Source: Eledone cirrhosa
Lineage: Eukaryota
Direction of reading: 5' to 3'
Assembly: GCA_964016885.1 (NCBI GenBank)
Contig: OZ024745.1
Span: 69,068,001 to 69,132,000, forward strand
Length of the DNA: 64,000 nucleotides
The notes under the pieces were generated by a model. The model was not told the origin of the DNA. It worked only from the letters and a program-made list of their open reading frames with translations, and made no database searches. This document shows, in pieces, positions 1-13,149 of the stretch; position 1 is the first letter of the stretch, and each line of letters opens with the position of its first letter. The position numbers were made by a program, and so were the translations under genes.

Positions 1-822
1 TGGTGCAAAGATAAACTATCCTGATATGTCCTGACAATTGGCACATCTATTTGTATTATCTATCAGCTTTACTGTCGGATGGTGACAATAAGTCTGGCAT
101 TGCCTTATATTCCACGGATGAGAAAAGAGGATGGGCTTAAATTTAGACAAGGGATTATCTCTGTTGGACAAATAAAATTTCCTAAAATAAAACAAAAATA
201 AAATAAAATTAAAATTACGGGAAAACGCGTTCTCCACAATTAACTCTGGTTAATTTACAAGGGCAATCAGATGCAGAGTGGGAACTGCTAAACAAGGTGA
301 CTAATTAGATGCACATCTTACTAATCTGACTCCACTGAGGGCTCTTATCTGACATGGTTACACTCCCAAGTAGAAATCTCTATCTGTTTATATTCAAATT
401 ATTCCACGCTACCTTTAAACACGTAGTTTGTTTAAATTATTCCACGATACCTTTAAACACGTAGTATGTTTAAGCATGTATACATGTCATATATGTGTAT
501 AGCTGTGTGTGTCGCTATATGTGTATGAATTAGAAATGTTCACAATGAATAGAGGAATTTCTCAAAATATGCCTTCCGTTGAAATGCATAAAAACTCACC
601 AATTACACAGATGTAAAACAAACTGTTTAAATCCAATGTAGGGATATTCTTGAAGAAAATCTTCTAAAGGAGGAAAATACATATGTTCTCTAGGGAAGAT
701 TCCGGAATAAGAAAATAGACATGATTATATATACAGAAACAATTGTAAGGGTTTATAATAAATTGCCGTGTGAAAAGTTCATTGCCTTTTGTCATTTACA
801 AGTGACGGCTGCAGTTTTGGTT

Positions 823-823
<1 letters not shown>

Positions 824-898
<75 letters not shown>
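824..898. repeat. (TATC)n microsatellite, 5' flank of the Tx1-like LINE
   Basis: Run of TATC/CTAT units read directly. Confidence 0.97.
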
Positions 899-1107
899 TT
901 GCCTGAAGCGTGGAACATCGCCGATAAGATTTTTTGTAAATTTATATACGAAAAACAGAACAAATTGTTTAAAAAAACATATTATTTTGTAGATTAACCC
1001 CCAAGCTGAATTGTCAGCTGGGTGGTAATCCCATTTAGCGCCCCTTTAGGGACGAAAATTTAATTAAAATATTGTTTTAAAATATCAAATTTTGCCAACT
1101 ATAAAAC

Positions 1108-2991
1108 ATGAATAATACGAAAAGAACGCTGGAGAACGTCGACAGAGAAAAGAGAGAGAAAGAGGCAGGTTTTAAAGTTATATCTGCTTCTGGATGTCGC
1201 CATAGATACGACTGTCAACAAAGGAAAACAAATATTGCCAATTGAAGATTGTACAATTTCTACCGTTGAAGCAGAGAAAAATGAAAACACAGGAATTAAA
1301 CCCATTAACATACATACACATGAAAAAAACATCAACAACTCCACAGATACATCTACACATAAAGTTTCACCTCATCAAGGAACTGAGATTGCCAACACCG
1401 AGGCTAACAAGGATAACAACAACAACAACAACAACAACAACACCACACAAAATGTCTTTCGCTGAAACAGTGAACAAAAAACAAGATTTTATAAATCTTG
1501 ACATCTCCAATGCAAGAGATATGCTCCAGCAAGGGAGAACATGTGTAACTTTCGAAGAGAAGGATGGGTTTAGAATTAACTCACTCCTTGAAATAAAAGA
1601 AGACACAGTTTGGAGGACAGTGACCTTTAGGACTGTATCCAATACCACGAGAAAGCCGATATTTGTTAGTCAAGGAGATATAGAAGATACCTTGAAGAAA
1701 ATTCTAGCAAATATCGAATTTCTCCAACGAGGAAAACAGTATGGAAGTGTTTCCGCACTGTTTAAAAGCGAGGCACTTGCCCCAAAACATTCTGTGACAC
1801 CAATAGTCTCAAAAGCATTCACCCTTTTCCCTACATACATGGGAAAAAGGACACAAAAAATAAAAATAAAAAATATACCACCAAACATTAACATCTAGGG
1901 GATCTTGGCTGGCTTCGTAGAGCCAGAAACTGATATGATTCTTTCGATACGAAAGTCTATTCGACAAAGGTGGGCGGGTACGGATTTGGAAATTCTGTTT
2001 CAAATGAGGTTGGAGAGAATCTCCAAAATACCCGAAAGAGTCGTCATCGACGACAACAAGTTAAACATTTCGGTAGAAGGACGAACATTTCATTGCTTTC
2101 GCTGTGGTAGCACAGCACACCTAAAAGCCTCCTGTCCTTCAGAAACACACCACAACAACATCATTAAAAAACACTATTACCAACACCAACACCAAAACAA
2201 CCACCACCACCACAAGTACAATGACAGACGAAACGAGCAACCACACCAAAACAAACAGCCACTCAACGAACAACAACAGAAAAAAACAGAGACAACACCC
2301 CTGAAGAACATAGTCCCACCCCATCCCACTCCATCAAACACTACCACAAACACACACACCGAAACACCACCACCACACAACATACCCCTACCCCACACTC
2401 CGGACGATGATTATTCATCGACGGATGAAGCTGCTTCTTCTTTAATTGAAGAAGAGGGAGAGCCGCGGAAATCTAAAAAACAAAAAAAAGAGACACCACA
2501 AAACCCCCAAGACTCCAATCACCAACACCAACACACAACCACAGACACAAACAACAACACAAACTACACCACGTCAAACATACCCCTACCAGCCAAACCA
2601 ACACAAACACCACCCCAAACACAAGCACCCACCATAAAAAAAACTCCCGGACGAACAACTAACTAAAACAACACAACAAAAACACAAACAACAATGCGCA
2701 TACATCAACACAAACAACAAGAGTTTGATGGAGGTCATCTCCCAAAACCCCAAGGTGGAGAAGGAGGGCAAAACTTTCGTCAAGGCAGAATCGTCTCCAC
2801 ACCTTAAACTTATAAGGGTTTCTATGGAAACCTATAATGACCTGAAAAATAAATTTTCACAGGACGTGGGCAACCCCTGCTAGAAACCCATCAACCGCGC
2901 CCTGTTAAAATGTTTCCCCACCCCACCCAACACCCCATCCACCACCCAAATGGAGATTGAACAACCCGATCTCCAGGAAACGAAAAGGTAA
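1108..2991 (+). pseudogene. ORF1 (gag-like nucleic-acid-binding protein) of the Tx1-like LINE, disrupted
   Basis: ORF-track pieces 1242-1898 and 1905-2666 are in the same frame, split by TAG at 1896-1898. Zinc knuckle CFRCGSTAHLKASC (CX2CX4HX4C) and a Pro/Thr/His-rich tail. A shifted frame continues NNKSLMEVISQ...NPC*KP...QMEIEQPDLQETKR to TAA at 2989-2991. The start ATG at 1108 is tentative (alternative 1452). Confidence 0.8.
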
Positions 2992-3032
2992 GTGCACCTT
3001 TCGTCCTTTTTCTCCTACTCTTCTTCACCAAA

Positions 3033-6000
3033 ATGGCTAGTTTACGAGTTGGAAGCGTGAATGTGCGTGGCCTAGGGATGCCCTGGAAACAGGGCCAACT
3101 TTTAAACGACCTTAGGTCACACGGTATAGATGTGATAGCCATAATCGCGTCCAGGATCCACAACAGGCAGCAACTAACCCCCATCTTCGACGACTTTGAG
3201 ATCTACACATCTCTCTGTCAGCCAGGAGGTGGAGGGGGAGTGGCTGTCATGTTTGGGAAGAACCTGGACGTCGAAGTACAGCAAATACACTTGGACCCGG
3301 AGGGTAGACTGGTAGTCCTAGACGTGAACAGTATTGGAGGTGGAGCCTTCAGACTGGTGGCCGTTTATGTCCCGACCGGGCAATCGTAATCACAGCCAGA
3401 TTTCTTTAAGCGTCTAGAGTCTTTTCTGGGAACGTCTAGCTCCTTAATTTTAGAGGGGGACTGAATGGTATCCTAGATGCACGATGGGACTATGTTGGAG
3501 CATGTCCTAGTAGAAGGGGGTGCAACAGCCTCAAAACTTTAATCGGCCAATTCCAACTGGCCGATAGGTATCGACTGGATTTCCCGACTGCACCACAGTG
3601 GACGTGGGCAAACCGCAGCGGGACATCTAGATCGTATTTAGATAGGTTCTTTATTAGAGAAAGGGAGAAGGAGATGTTAAGCTGTCCACGAATGCACATC
3701 GTTGCCTATTCCGATCACAAATTAGTCGTCTGCTTAGTCAACCGTGATAGAACACATAGACAAGGACCCGGATACTGGAAGCTGAACGTGTCGTTGCCGG
3801 CACGTAAAGCTTACAGTGAACGGATAAGTAGACTTGTCAAGCAACAGTTAACGGGAGCCATCGTCAACAATAAATGGTGGTACTCTCTCAAGAAAGCAAT
3901 TAGAATAGAATCGATAGGGTTTAGCAGAGAGTTAGCTTTAGAGAAAAACAAAATAGAAAGAGAACTAGTAGCCAAGGTAGAGAAGGCACTTAGAAGTGGC
4001 AACGCGGCTAGAGTGTTAGCGTCGAGAACAGCACTAGACCAGTTCTTCGATGCGAAACACGAAGGCTGCGTGGGCAGAAGCAAAACACGTGCTCTAGGAA
4101 ACGAAGGAGCGAAAGCTGTCAGCTGAGCCCGAGTGGCGGAGGCGAAAAGTGGCAACAAGTCCACGATTCGGTCTTTGAAAGACCAAAACGAACGCGTGCT
4201 ACTTGACCCCAAGCAAATGTGCGCGGCCTTTCAGCAGCACTTTGCGCGACTGTTTGAGCAGAACGACGGTGAGCCGAACGGGGCAATGGACTTTAGTTCA
4301 TACCTCGACGGCCTGCCGCGTCTCTCGAACACAGACGCCGTGTTCTGCGAAAGACCGATCACGAACACTCAGATACGGGACACTCTGGGCCACTGCGGGA
4401 AACGCAAGTTACCCGGTCTAGATGGTCTACCCTATGAGTTTTACATAGGCATGCCCTCTCCTGCAATTGGCAGCAGAACCGGAGAATTTCCAGTTCTGCA
4501 GGCAAGGGCGTATTAACGCTGATCAGGAAAGACGAGAACAAGGGGGACGAGAACAAGGGGGACGAAATTAACAACTTCAGGTCCATTACTCTGCTCAACA
4601 CAGAGTTAAAGATTTTGGCCAAGGTGCTAGCGACGAGGTTGTTGGCACTTGTCGTCGAGAACCTGGTAGGGAAAGCGCAAACGTGTGCAATCCCGACCAG
4701 GTCCTTACACGACAACCTCCACCTCATGCGATACATCATAGAGAGGGTGGGTAGTAAACCCGGCTTCGGTGGGGCTCTGATCAATTTGGATCAGTCTAAG
4801 GCATTCGATAGGGTCGACCATCGATACTTGGAAGCGGTTCTCAAGGCGGCCGGTTTCCGTCCCGTTTTCAGATGCTGGATCGAGGCGATGCACACCAGCA
4901 TCTGCTCGAGGGTCAAGGTGAACGGCTACCTGCCGGAGCCGTTCGCAATCACGCGTTCCATTCGCGGTGCCCTCTCTCCTCCATTCTGTATGTATTGACT
5001 CTAGAGCCACTACTGCGGAAATTGGAGCTGTTGCAGGGCATCCCTCTAGAAGCAGGACTGCGCAAAGCGGCATCGGCTTATGCCGACGACGTAACGGTAA
5101 TGGTGTCGAGCACCTCGGAAATCGGGGTGATCGGCAACTTACTGAAAGAATACGAAACGCTGACGGTAGCTAAACTAAAGCGGTACAAGTCTGTCGGTTT
5201 GCAACTCGGTACGTGGAGAGGCAAACCGATGACGTCCGACAGCTTCGTTGAACGCTGGACGGACGGATCGGTGAAATTGCTCGGGGTCTGGTTCGGTCCA
5301 GACCTCCAGGTGGAGAAAAACTGGAATGAGGTCACGGCCAAGGTGTTTGCACTCACCCAGAAGTGGGAAGAGTGCAAACTGTCCTTGAAAGGTCGAGCGG
5401 AGGTGGCGAACACTTTAATAGCGTCCGTCATCTACTACCGCTTGACTGTCGTGCCTTGTTCCCGTGAACAGCTCGCCAAGATGGAACGCATGCTCTTCCC
5501 ATTTCTGTGGAAGAAGCAGGCTCTGCTGGTGAGGAGATCCGTCTGCTGTCAGCACCCTTCCAACGGAGGGCTGGGAATGCCGTGGCTGATGATGCGCAAA
5601 CATGCGGTGAGGCTGCGGCATCTCTAGGTATTCCTCACCGACCCCCCCCCCCCAACCGGTGTGGGCACCGTTTGTGAGACAGGCTTTCCCACAGCTCGTC
5701 TCGCTGACGGAGCTGCAGTCCTGGGTGAAGAAAAGACCGAACACGATGGGCGCCTGGCACATTGAATGCGCTCAGGCGCTCACAGTCCTCTGGCAAGCGG
5801 GCGCAGCAATCAGTGGAGACTCCACTTCGACATTCTATAGAGGGATTGTACGTTACAAGGGCGACGACGTGCTCGGAGAGACTCTGGGCGTCGAAGACGA
5901 TGAGCTCACCAGTCTGTTTGGTAGGACTTTCCGCCCGGGACCTATGGACAACTTCCAGAGGTCCCTGGCCTGGCAGTGCTACCGAGGAGCTCTACCGGTT

Positions 6001-6471
6001 CGTGACAAGATCTACAGGCACGGACGCCCCGGCAGGGATGCTTCCAAGAGGACGTGTCCAAGATGTGCGAAGGACATTGAAACAGTACTGCACGTAATTG
6101 TACACTGCCCGGGCGTAACCGACATGTGGAACTATGCAGAACAACTGCTGTCGCGTATGGAACAAATCCAGTTGACTGCTGAGTGCATAGTAAGGATCAA
6201 ACCACCAGCCTCTTTCAAAAACGACAGAGAGGCGGTTTTCCACTGTACGGTGGCTATGGTGAAATAAATTATATGGTGGACGAGATTGAGAGGACTGAGG
6301 ACAAATGCCTTTCTCTCCGGACAACAATTGGTTCCCTTCTTTAAGTATCACTTTAGAAGGAGAATGAGAGTGGAGAGAGAAGCACTGCACCCCAGTAAAT
6401 TTACTGAAAGGTGGGTGAATGAAGCGAAAATGGTCCTAGTGATTGGTCCTTCTCTGTTTATAAGCCTGTAG
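3033..6471 (+). pseudogene. ORF2 (APE endonuclease + reverse transcriptase + zinc finger) of the Tx1-like LINE, disrupted
   Basis: APE motifs GSVNVRGL, RLVAVYVP, SYLDRF, SDHK and GPGYWKLN. RT motifs PGLDGLPYEFY, NFRSITLLNTELKILAKVLA, LDQSKAFDRVDH, CPLSSILY, AYADDV and KLLGVWF. C-terminal CPRC..ETVLHVIVHC. Several stops (3387, 4124, 5625, 6265) and frameshifts; in-frame 15-bp duplication at 4531-4560. Confidence 0.93.
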
Positions 6472-6707
6472 GTTGAAGAAGAGAGCAAACGGAAGAAAGG
6501 AGCACTTGTACAAGACGCTCCTGGAGTTGAGGGTTGTTCTATCGACGGGGTATTAAACAACCCATTTGTGGCGCTTCTCCCCTATTGAGGATTTCGATTG
6601 TTGTAATTGTTTGTTTTTATATTTTTTACACGACTGTATGTAAAATCCCCGGCATGTCTTTGTATTGTCCTCTTTTCTTGTGCGCCCTTGTGGCAAATAA
6701 ATAAATA

Positions 6708-6940
<233 letters not shown>

Positions 6941-7984
6941 ATGACAAACTTCAACTCAGTCTTCGTCACTCACAAAACGTTTGTTACCCCGAAGTTATAA
7001 TAGAAGACCCTTTTCAAATGTTCCACGCAGAGTAACTGATGCCGCACTCTCTTGGCTGCTCAGAGAACTTTTTAACCACACAGCCATGCCTGTACCTATT
7101 AGAAAAATCTAAACAAAACCCAAAATTAAGATATCCTTTTACTATTTTATCAAATATTAAAGCATTTGAGGCTAGTTAAACGAACCAATTTATGTTTAAG
7201 AGGCGGAGGAACACTAGCTACTTGACTCGCTCCCAAACGATGAGCTCATGCTTCGCTGCTCGTAAATTTAACTTTACTTGCCTTAACTCTCACGAGATTT
7301 CCTCTGAAATATTTGGCATATATCTCATTTAACTGTAAACAAGGGAGATACTATGTGGCTTCTAGCCTTGTTAGAAATAACAACTAACTCTTCCTGTCGT
7401 CTTAAATAAGAAAAAATAACGTTTGGTAATGTCTTAAAGGTAAAGTATTGATTAAGGCTCATTTCTGAACACGTCGTGCGTGTTTAGACAGTACAAGGCT
7501 CCTCTACACACCGCAGTCCATCGCAAGCATAGCCAACAACTGCTCTCGTTGGAACACATTTTAATCTGAGTGAACTGGAGCGATATAAAACACAATAAAT
7601 TACTCAAAAACACAACACATTACCTAGTCTGAGTACGAAAGCCATACCACTAAAACATAAGCTCAACACCTTAACAACTTGGCCACGCAAACTTCATAAT
7701 GTAGTCATAGATACCATCTTAACTAGATTTCCTTTGATGATAGAGCTGCTGCATAGGTGAACCTCACCCGAATAGTAACTGAATTATATTCATATAGGAC
7801 ACATAATACGAGTGTGAATATCGTGGTGCTAGTTATCAACATGTTTTAAACAACTTACCTGTTTCCTTCAAACATACCCCATCTATAATTGTTCGTTTTT
7901 GGTCCTTTATGTGTAACGTTGACTCCCTTACATTTAAATACATAAATATTTCGATACAATAATGAATTATGGCTGAATATTATG

Positions 7985-8790
<806 letters not shown>

Positions 8791-8920
8791 GTGAGGTTTT
8801 TTTTACAAAATGAAAAATAACCGAGGTGTCCTACACGAGTGGAAGTATAAAGAAAAAGGGATGAAATCGAAAATGCAACTGAAGTCTTATTTTTTTAAAA
8901 ATATATATATTTATTTGGTT

Positions 8921-8958
8921 CCTTTACCGGTTTCGCAGTTCTTCTGCTTTTCAAAAGG
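8921..8958 (-). ncRNA. Minimal type I hammerhead ribozyme (U3-A8 core variant) in the pLTR
   Basis: Minus strand reads CCTT-TTGAAAA-GCAG aagaa CTGC-GAAA-CCGG-TA-AAGG: 4-bp stem I, 4-bp stem II, palindromic stem III (ACCGGT). Confidence 0.8.
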
Positions 8959-9992
8959 TGAGTTGAGATGGAGGGTCTGTGGTTTTTCTCACATCTGGTT
9001 GGTCTCTAAATGTTACTTGTTTTATATGGAAAAACTGGCTCGAAAACCAAGTTTTTCGAGAAGTAATTTGATTGGTTTGTCAATAATTATAATAAATTTC
9101 GCGCCAGTTCGCGTTACAATAGTTCTTCAAATAAGAGAGGGGGGGGGGGTTGTCACAGGTTGTTTTTTCATATATGAGTGTTTGAATTTCTTTTTACTTG
9201 AAAAAATGAAGCTCACGAAGGCTTTTTTTTGGTTGGTTATAAATGAAATTTGGCTGTCACGTGAACAAGTTTTCATTACATTTTTGCGCCCTTATTTGGA
9301 AAACTATTCTGTAGTCTATAGTGAATGTTATGACGATGGAGAGATAGTGGTCAAGGGAAAAGGGATTGGGAGAAATGTTCTGGTTCAGTGAATATGGCCA
9401 GCTGTCAGAGTTCAGGTGTCAGAGTTCAGATTTTCTATTGAGACTGAAGATATGTGTTTATTTGTGTGCTTGTGTGTGTGTATATGTGTGTGTGTGTGTA
9501 TATGTGTGTGTGTATTGGAAGATGATTCTATTAGTAGAGATGGGGGAGGGAGTTGTGTGTGTATATGGGTGTTATGTGTGTGTGTGCGAGTATGTTAGAT
9601 AGAGAGAATATATATTTTTTGTGTGTGTGTATATATATATGTGTGTAGGAAAGTGGTTCTATTAGTAGAAATGGGGAGGGTGTTGTAGGTGTGGGGGTTT
9701 TTATGCGTGTGTATGGGTGTTATGTGTGTGGGAGTATGGTTAGCATGTTAAGATGAAGAGAATATATATATATATATATATATATTGTGTGTGTGTATGT
9801 GTGTGTGTAGGAAAATGATTCCTTTAGTAGGAATATTTTTGAATGAACATATTTTCCTGACTTTTTCGTGTTTGCTGTTGTATTGCCAGTGCAAACGTAT
9901 GTTTAAGGTTTATTTAGTTCGGGTTTTTATTTTCTAAAGTAGGTGTTATGTGTGTGTGTGTATGTCATATTGTGGTGTTGACATAATGTATA

Positions 9993-10570
9993 TTAAACCT
10001 TATTTAATGTTGGTCTATATTTTTGAATAAACATATTTCCCTTATTTATTCGCATTTGTTCTGTTGTATTGTTAGCGCAAAGGTAAAATGGGAAGACTTG
10101 GAATTTGGGTGTCTTATTACTTGCGCAAATGTCTAGATGTGCACTTAGTGGTATTTGTCTCGTGGTTGGATCTCGTAATTGTTGGCGATGAACTGTCATT
10201 CTGTTTCTGAGTGTGAGTTTAGTTTGTCCTATATAATCTTCATTGCATCCTTTACATTTAATGGCATAAATTAGATTTTTTGATGAGCAAGTGAAGTGAT
10301 TTTTTACAGTAAAATTTTGTCCTGATTTAAATGTATACGTGTTGCCTTCAATGAGGTGAGTGCAGGTTCCACAATTAGAGCGACCACATTTTTTGATACT
10401 TGGTTGTGGGTTTGTGGTAGGTAATTTGGCATTGGTGAGTAATGTTTTCAGTGATTTTGGTTGTCTTTTGCTTTTGATTATTTTGTGTGTTTCAAGGGCT
10501 TTTTTCATTCTTGGGTTTTGTTTTAGTAGTGGGATGTTATTGTGAATAGTGTTGTAAGCTTCCGCATTTC
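9993..10570 (-). pseudogene. C-terminal GIY-YIG endonuclease fragment of a Penelope-like ORF (RT missing)
   Basis: Cys-rich linker KKCGRSNCGTCTHL, then FTCSSKNLIYAIKCKGCNEDYIGQT...RNRMTVH...LSAHL...PTLN. Truncated at the inverted-repeat junction near 10570. Confidence 0.88.
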
Positions 10571-11043
10571 GAAAATAAACTACTTTAGAAAATAAACTAC
10601 TTTAGAAAATAAAAACCCGAACTAAATAAACCTTAAACATACGTTTGCACTGGCAATACAACAGCAAACACGAAAAAGTCAGGAAAATATGTTCATTCAA
10701 AAATATTCCTACTAAAGGAATCATTTTCCTACACACACACATACACACACACAATATATATATATATATATATATATATTCTCTTCATCTTAACATGCTA
10801 ACCATACTCCCACACACATAACACCCATACACACACATAAAAACCCCCACACCTACAACACCCTCCCCATTTCTACTAATAGAACCACTTTCCTACACAC
10901 ATATATATATACACACACACAAAAAATATATATTCTCTCTATCTAACATACTCGCACACACACACATAACACCCATATACACACACACACAACTCCCTCC
11001 CCCATCTCTACTAATAGAATCATCTTCCAATACACACACACAT

Positions 11044-11074
<31 letters not shown>

Positions 11075-11589
11075 AGCACACAAATAAACACATATCTTCA
11101 GTCTCAATAGAAAATCTGAACTCTGACACCTGAACTCTGACAGCTGGCCATATTCACTGAACCAGAACATTTCTCCCAATCCCTTTTCCCTTGACCACTA
11201 TCTCTCCATCGTCATAACATTCACTATAGACTACAGAATAGTTTTCCAAATAAGGGCGCAAAAATGTAATGAAAACTTGTTCACGTGACAGCCAAATTTC
11301 ATTTATAACCAACCAAAAAAAAGCCTTCGTGAGCTTCATTTTTTCAAGTAAAAAGAAATTCAAACACTCATATATGAAAAAAACAACCTGTGACAACCCC
11401 CCCCCCCCCTCTCTTATTTGAAGAACTATTGTAACGCGAACTGGCGCGAAATTTATTATAATTATTGACAAACCAATCATATTACTTCTCGAAAAAATTG
11501 GTTTTCGAGCCAGTTTTTCCATATAAAACAAGTAACATTTAGAGACCAACCAGATGTGAGAAAAACCACAGACCCTCCATCTCAACTCA

Positions 11590-11627
11590 CCTTTTGAAAA
11601 GCAGAAGAACTGCGAAACCGGTAAAGG
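11590..11627 (+). ncRNA. Minimal type I hammerhead ribozyme (U3-A8 variant), inverted pLTR copy
   Basis: CCTT-TTGAAAA-GCAGAAGAACTGC-GAAA-CCGG-TA-AAGG, the reverse complement of 8921-8958. Confidence 0.8.
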
Positions 11628-11695
11628 AACCAAATAAATATATATATTTTAAAAAAAATAAGACTTCAGTTGCATTTTCGATTTCATCCCTTTTT

Positions 11696-11740
<45 letters not shown>

Positions 11741-11751
11741 GTGTGTGTATG

Positions 11752-12857
11752 AAGTGGCGGACTGAGTCTAAAAATATCGGTTGCCAGGAATGCTATTATT
11801 TATTTTTTATAATAAATAAATAACATTTTATAATGAATAAATAACATTTTCGAAAAATACATAAGTGGAAACAAAACAGTGCAATCACATTTTTGCGGAA
11901 AAATATCTTACGTTCTCCAATAAAAAATATTATATATTTTGCGAAATCCAGAGACTTTCAATAATGACCAGAAGTCGATCCTAAATATTAATAATAGCTC
12001 TAGAAAGCCATGAACGACACCACATATTTTTAACTTTGATTTTGAAAGTAGGTTTATAATTATCAATTTTCCTTATACTTTTGTAGCTGTCTCGGTGGTC
12101 TAATTGGAGGAAATATAGACGGTGGTGATCCTTTTCTGAAGTTCGATCCTGGCCGGGAGTAGGGTTCCCGGTAAATCTTTTCATTTTTTTTTCTATAAAA
12201 TAAAAACTGAAAAAGGTTACATGTACCTCTTGACCAGGATTGAACCCAATGCCAGGATTTCCACCGTATCTAGTACCTACCGTTAGGCTACAGAGACAAC
12301 TACAACAATATTATTTAAATTCATACTTATAAACATAATTTCAAAATTTTTATAAACATAATTTCATAATTTCAAATTTGCAAATGTTATTGCTCCTACT
12401 TAAGGTCGACTTCTAAATAATTTGGGGGTTCCATAAACTGCATCCTCCTTTTGTTTCACATCTATCTAGACTATATTTTAACCTGTAATCCATGTTTCAT
12501 TTCTGTCGCACCTCATTCCCCCCTCTCTGTCTATATATGTATGTTTACATGCATGAATGAATACACTAAGCTTTAGATTTAGTAGAATGTACAACCACTG
12601 ATTTCAGCTATTTGCACTAACGTACATTTTGGTTTCTAATAATTCTCTGGGGGAAAAAGGTTGACCAAATGCTTTGCTTAATTGTTTTATTTATTAAAAA
12701 AAAAATTATTCTTAGATTTCAGGTACTTTTTGAAAGCAAAGCATTGGCCCCTAAAATACTACAGTGGGCCTTGCAATGCTACTGTGGGCTCTTGCAATGC
12801 TACCGTGGACCCTCGGGGGCCCACTTGCCATTGGGCAACCTGGTCAGTCTGCCACTG
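11752..12857. mobile_element. Non-autonomous hAT-superfamily DNA transposon (~1.1 kb)
   Basis: 14-bp TIRs AAGTGGCGGACTGA and TCAGTCTGCCACTG (12/14 match). 8-bp TSD TGTGTATG at 11744-11751 and 12858-12865. No transposase ORF. Confidence 0.8.
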
Positions 12858-12875
12858 TGTGTATGTATAATATAG

Positions 12876-13048
12876 TGTCAGGAGCCGAGGCTGAGCTCTT
12901 ACCGATTCAACAGTTTGGAACGAGCTGTTAAATCGGCAAGATCTCAGTCGGCGGGTCCTGACTCTTTATAATATAGCCATACTCTACTGCCCCAAGTATC
13001 GCGTACTCTGTTGAGTAATGGTTTTACTAGTTTTAAACTGGTTATATC

Positions 13049-13051
<3 letters not shown>
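12876..13051. mobile_element. Hairpin-headed mini-element in (TA)n, copy B (diverged)
   Basis: GTCAGGA..CTGAGCTCTTACCGATT..AACAG pairs with CTGTT.AATCGGCAAGATCTCAG..TCCTGAC. The tail ACTCTACTGCCCCAAGTATCG resembles copies A and C. Confidence 0.65.
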
Positions 13052-13092
<41 letters not shown>

Positions 13093-13096
<4 letters not shown>

Positions 13097-13149
13097 CTGA
13101 TGAAAGCACACCATAATTTAACTTGGTGTCCTTGAAATATGTATAATGA
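13093..13149 (+). ncRNA. Type I hammerhead motif in a ~190 bp ORF-less unit (13093-13285) flanked by (TA)n
   Basis: TTAT-CTGATGA-AAGcACACCA..TGGTGTcCTT-GAAA-TATGTA-TA-ATGA. The unit is homologous to 48262-48461. Confidence 0.72.

Larger units (their letters stand above)
899..6707 (+). mobile_element. Near full-length, disabled L1/Tx1-clade non-LTR retrotransposon
   Basis: Two-ORF layout: ORF1 with a CCHC knuckle, and ORF2 with APE endonuclease, RT and a C-terminal Cys/His motif. AATAAA at 6696-6701 is followed by (TATC)n. The 5' boundary is inferred from the end of the upstream (TATC)n. Confidence 0.9.
8785..11702 (-). mobile_element. 5'-truncated Penelope-like element (Neptune-like) with an inverted pseudo-LTR
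   Basis: A GIY-YIG fragment lies between ~1.1 kb near-identical inverted arms (8846-9942 and 10597-11702). Each arm has a hammerhead motif, and both outer ends abut (TA)n. Confidence 0.88.

Noticed and set aside
16-237. 73-aa minus-strand ORF with an acceptor-like TTTTATTTTAG at ~183
   Set aside because: No recognisable protein similarity, and all three frames after the acceptor close within the window. It cannot be supported as a host exon.
8810-11633. 193-aa ORF (8810-9391 +) and its 159-aa mirror (11154-11633 -)
   Set aside because: They are antisense to the PLE pLTR, have no recognisable domain, and are duplicated only because of the inverted repeat. A G-run length difference shifts the frame locally between copies.
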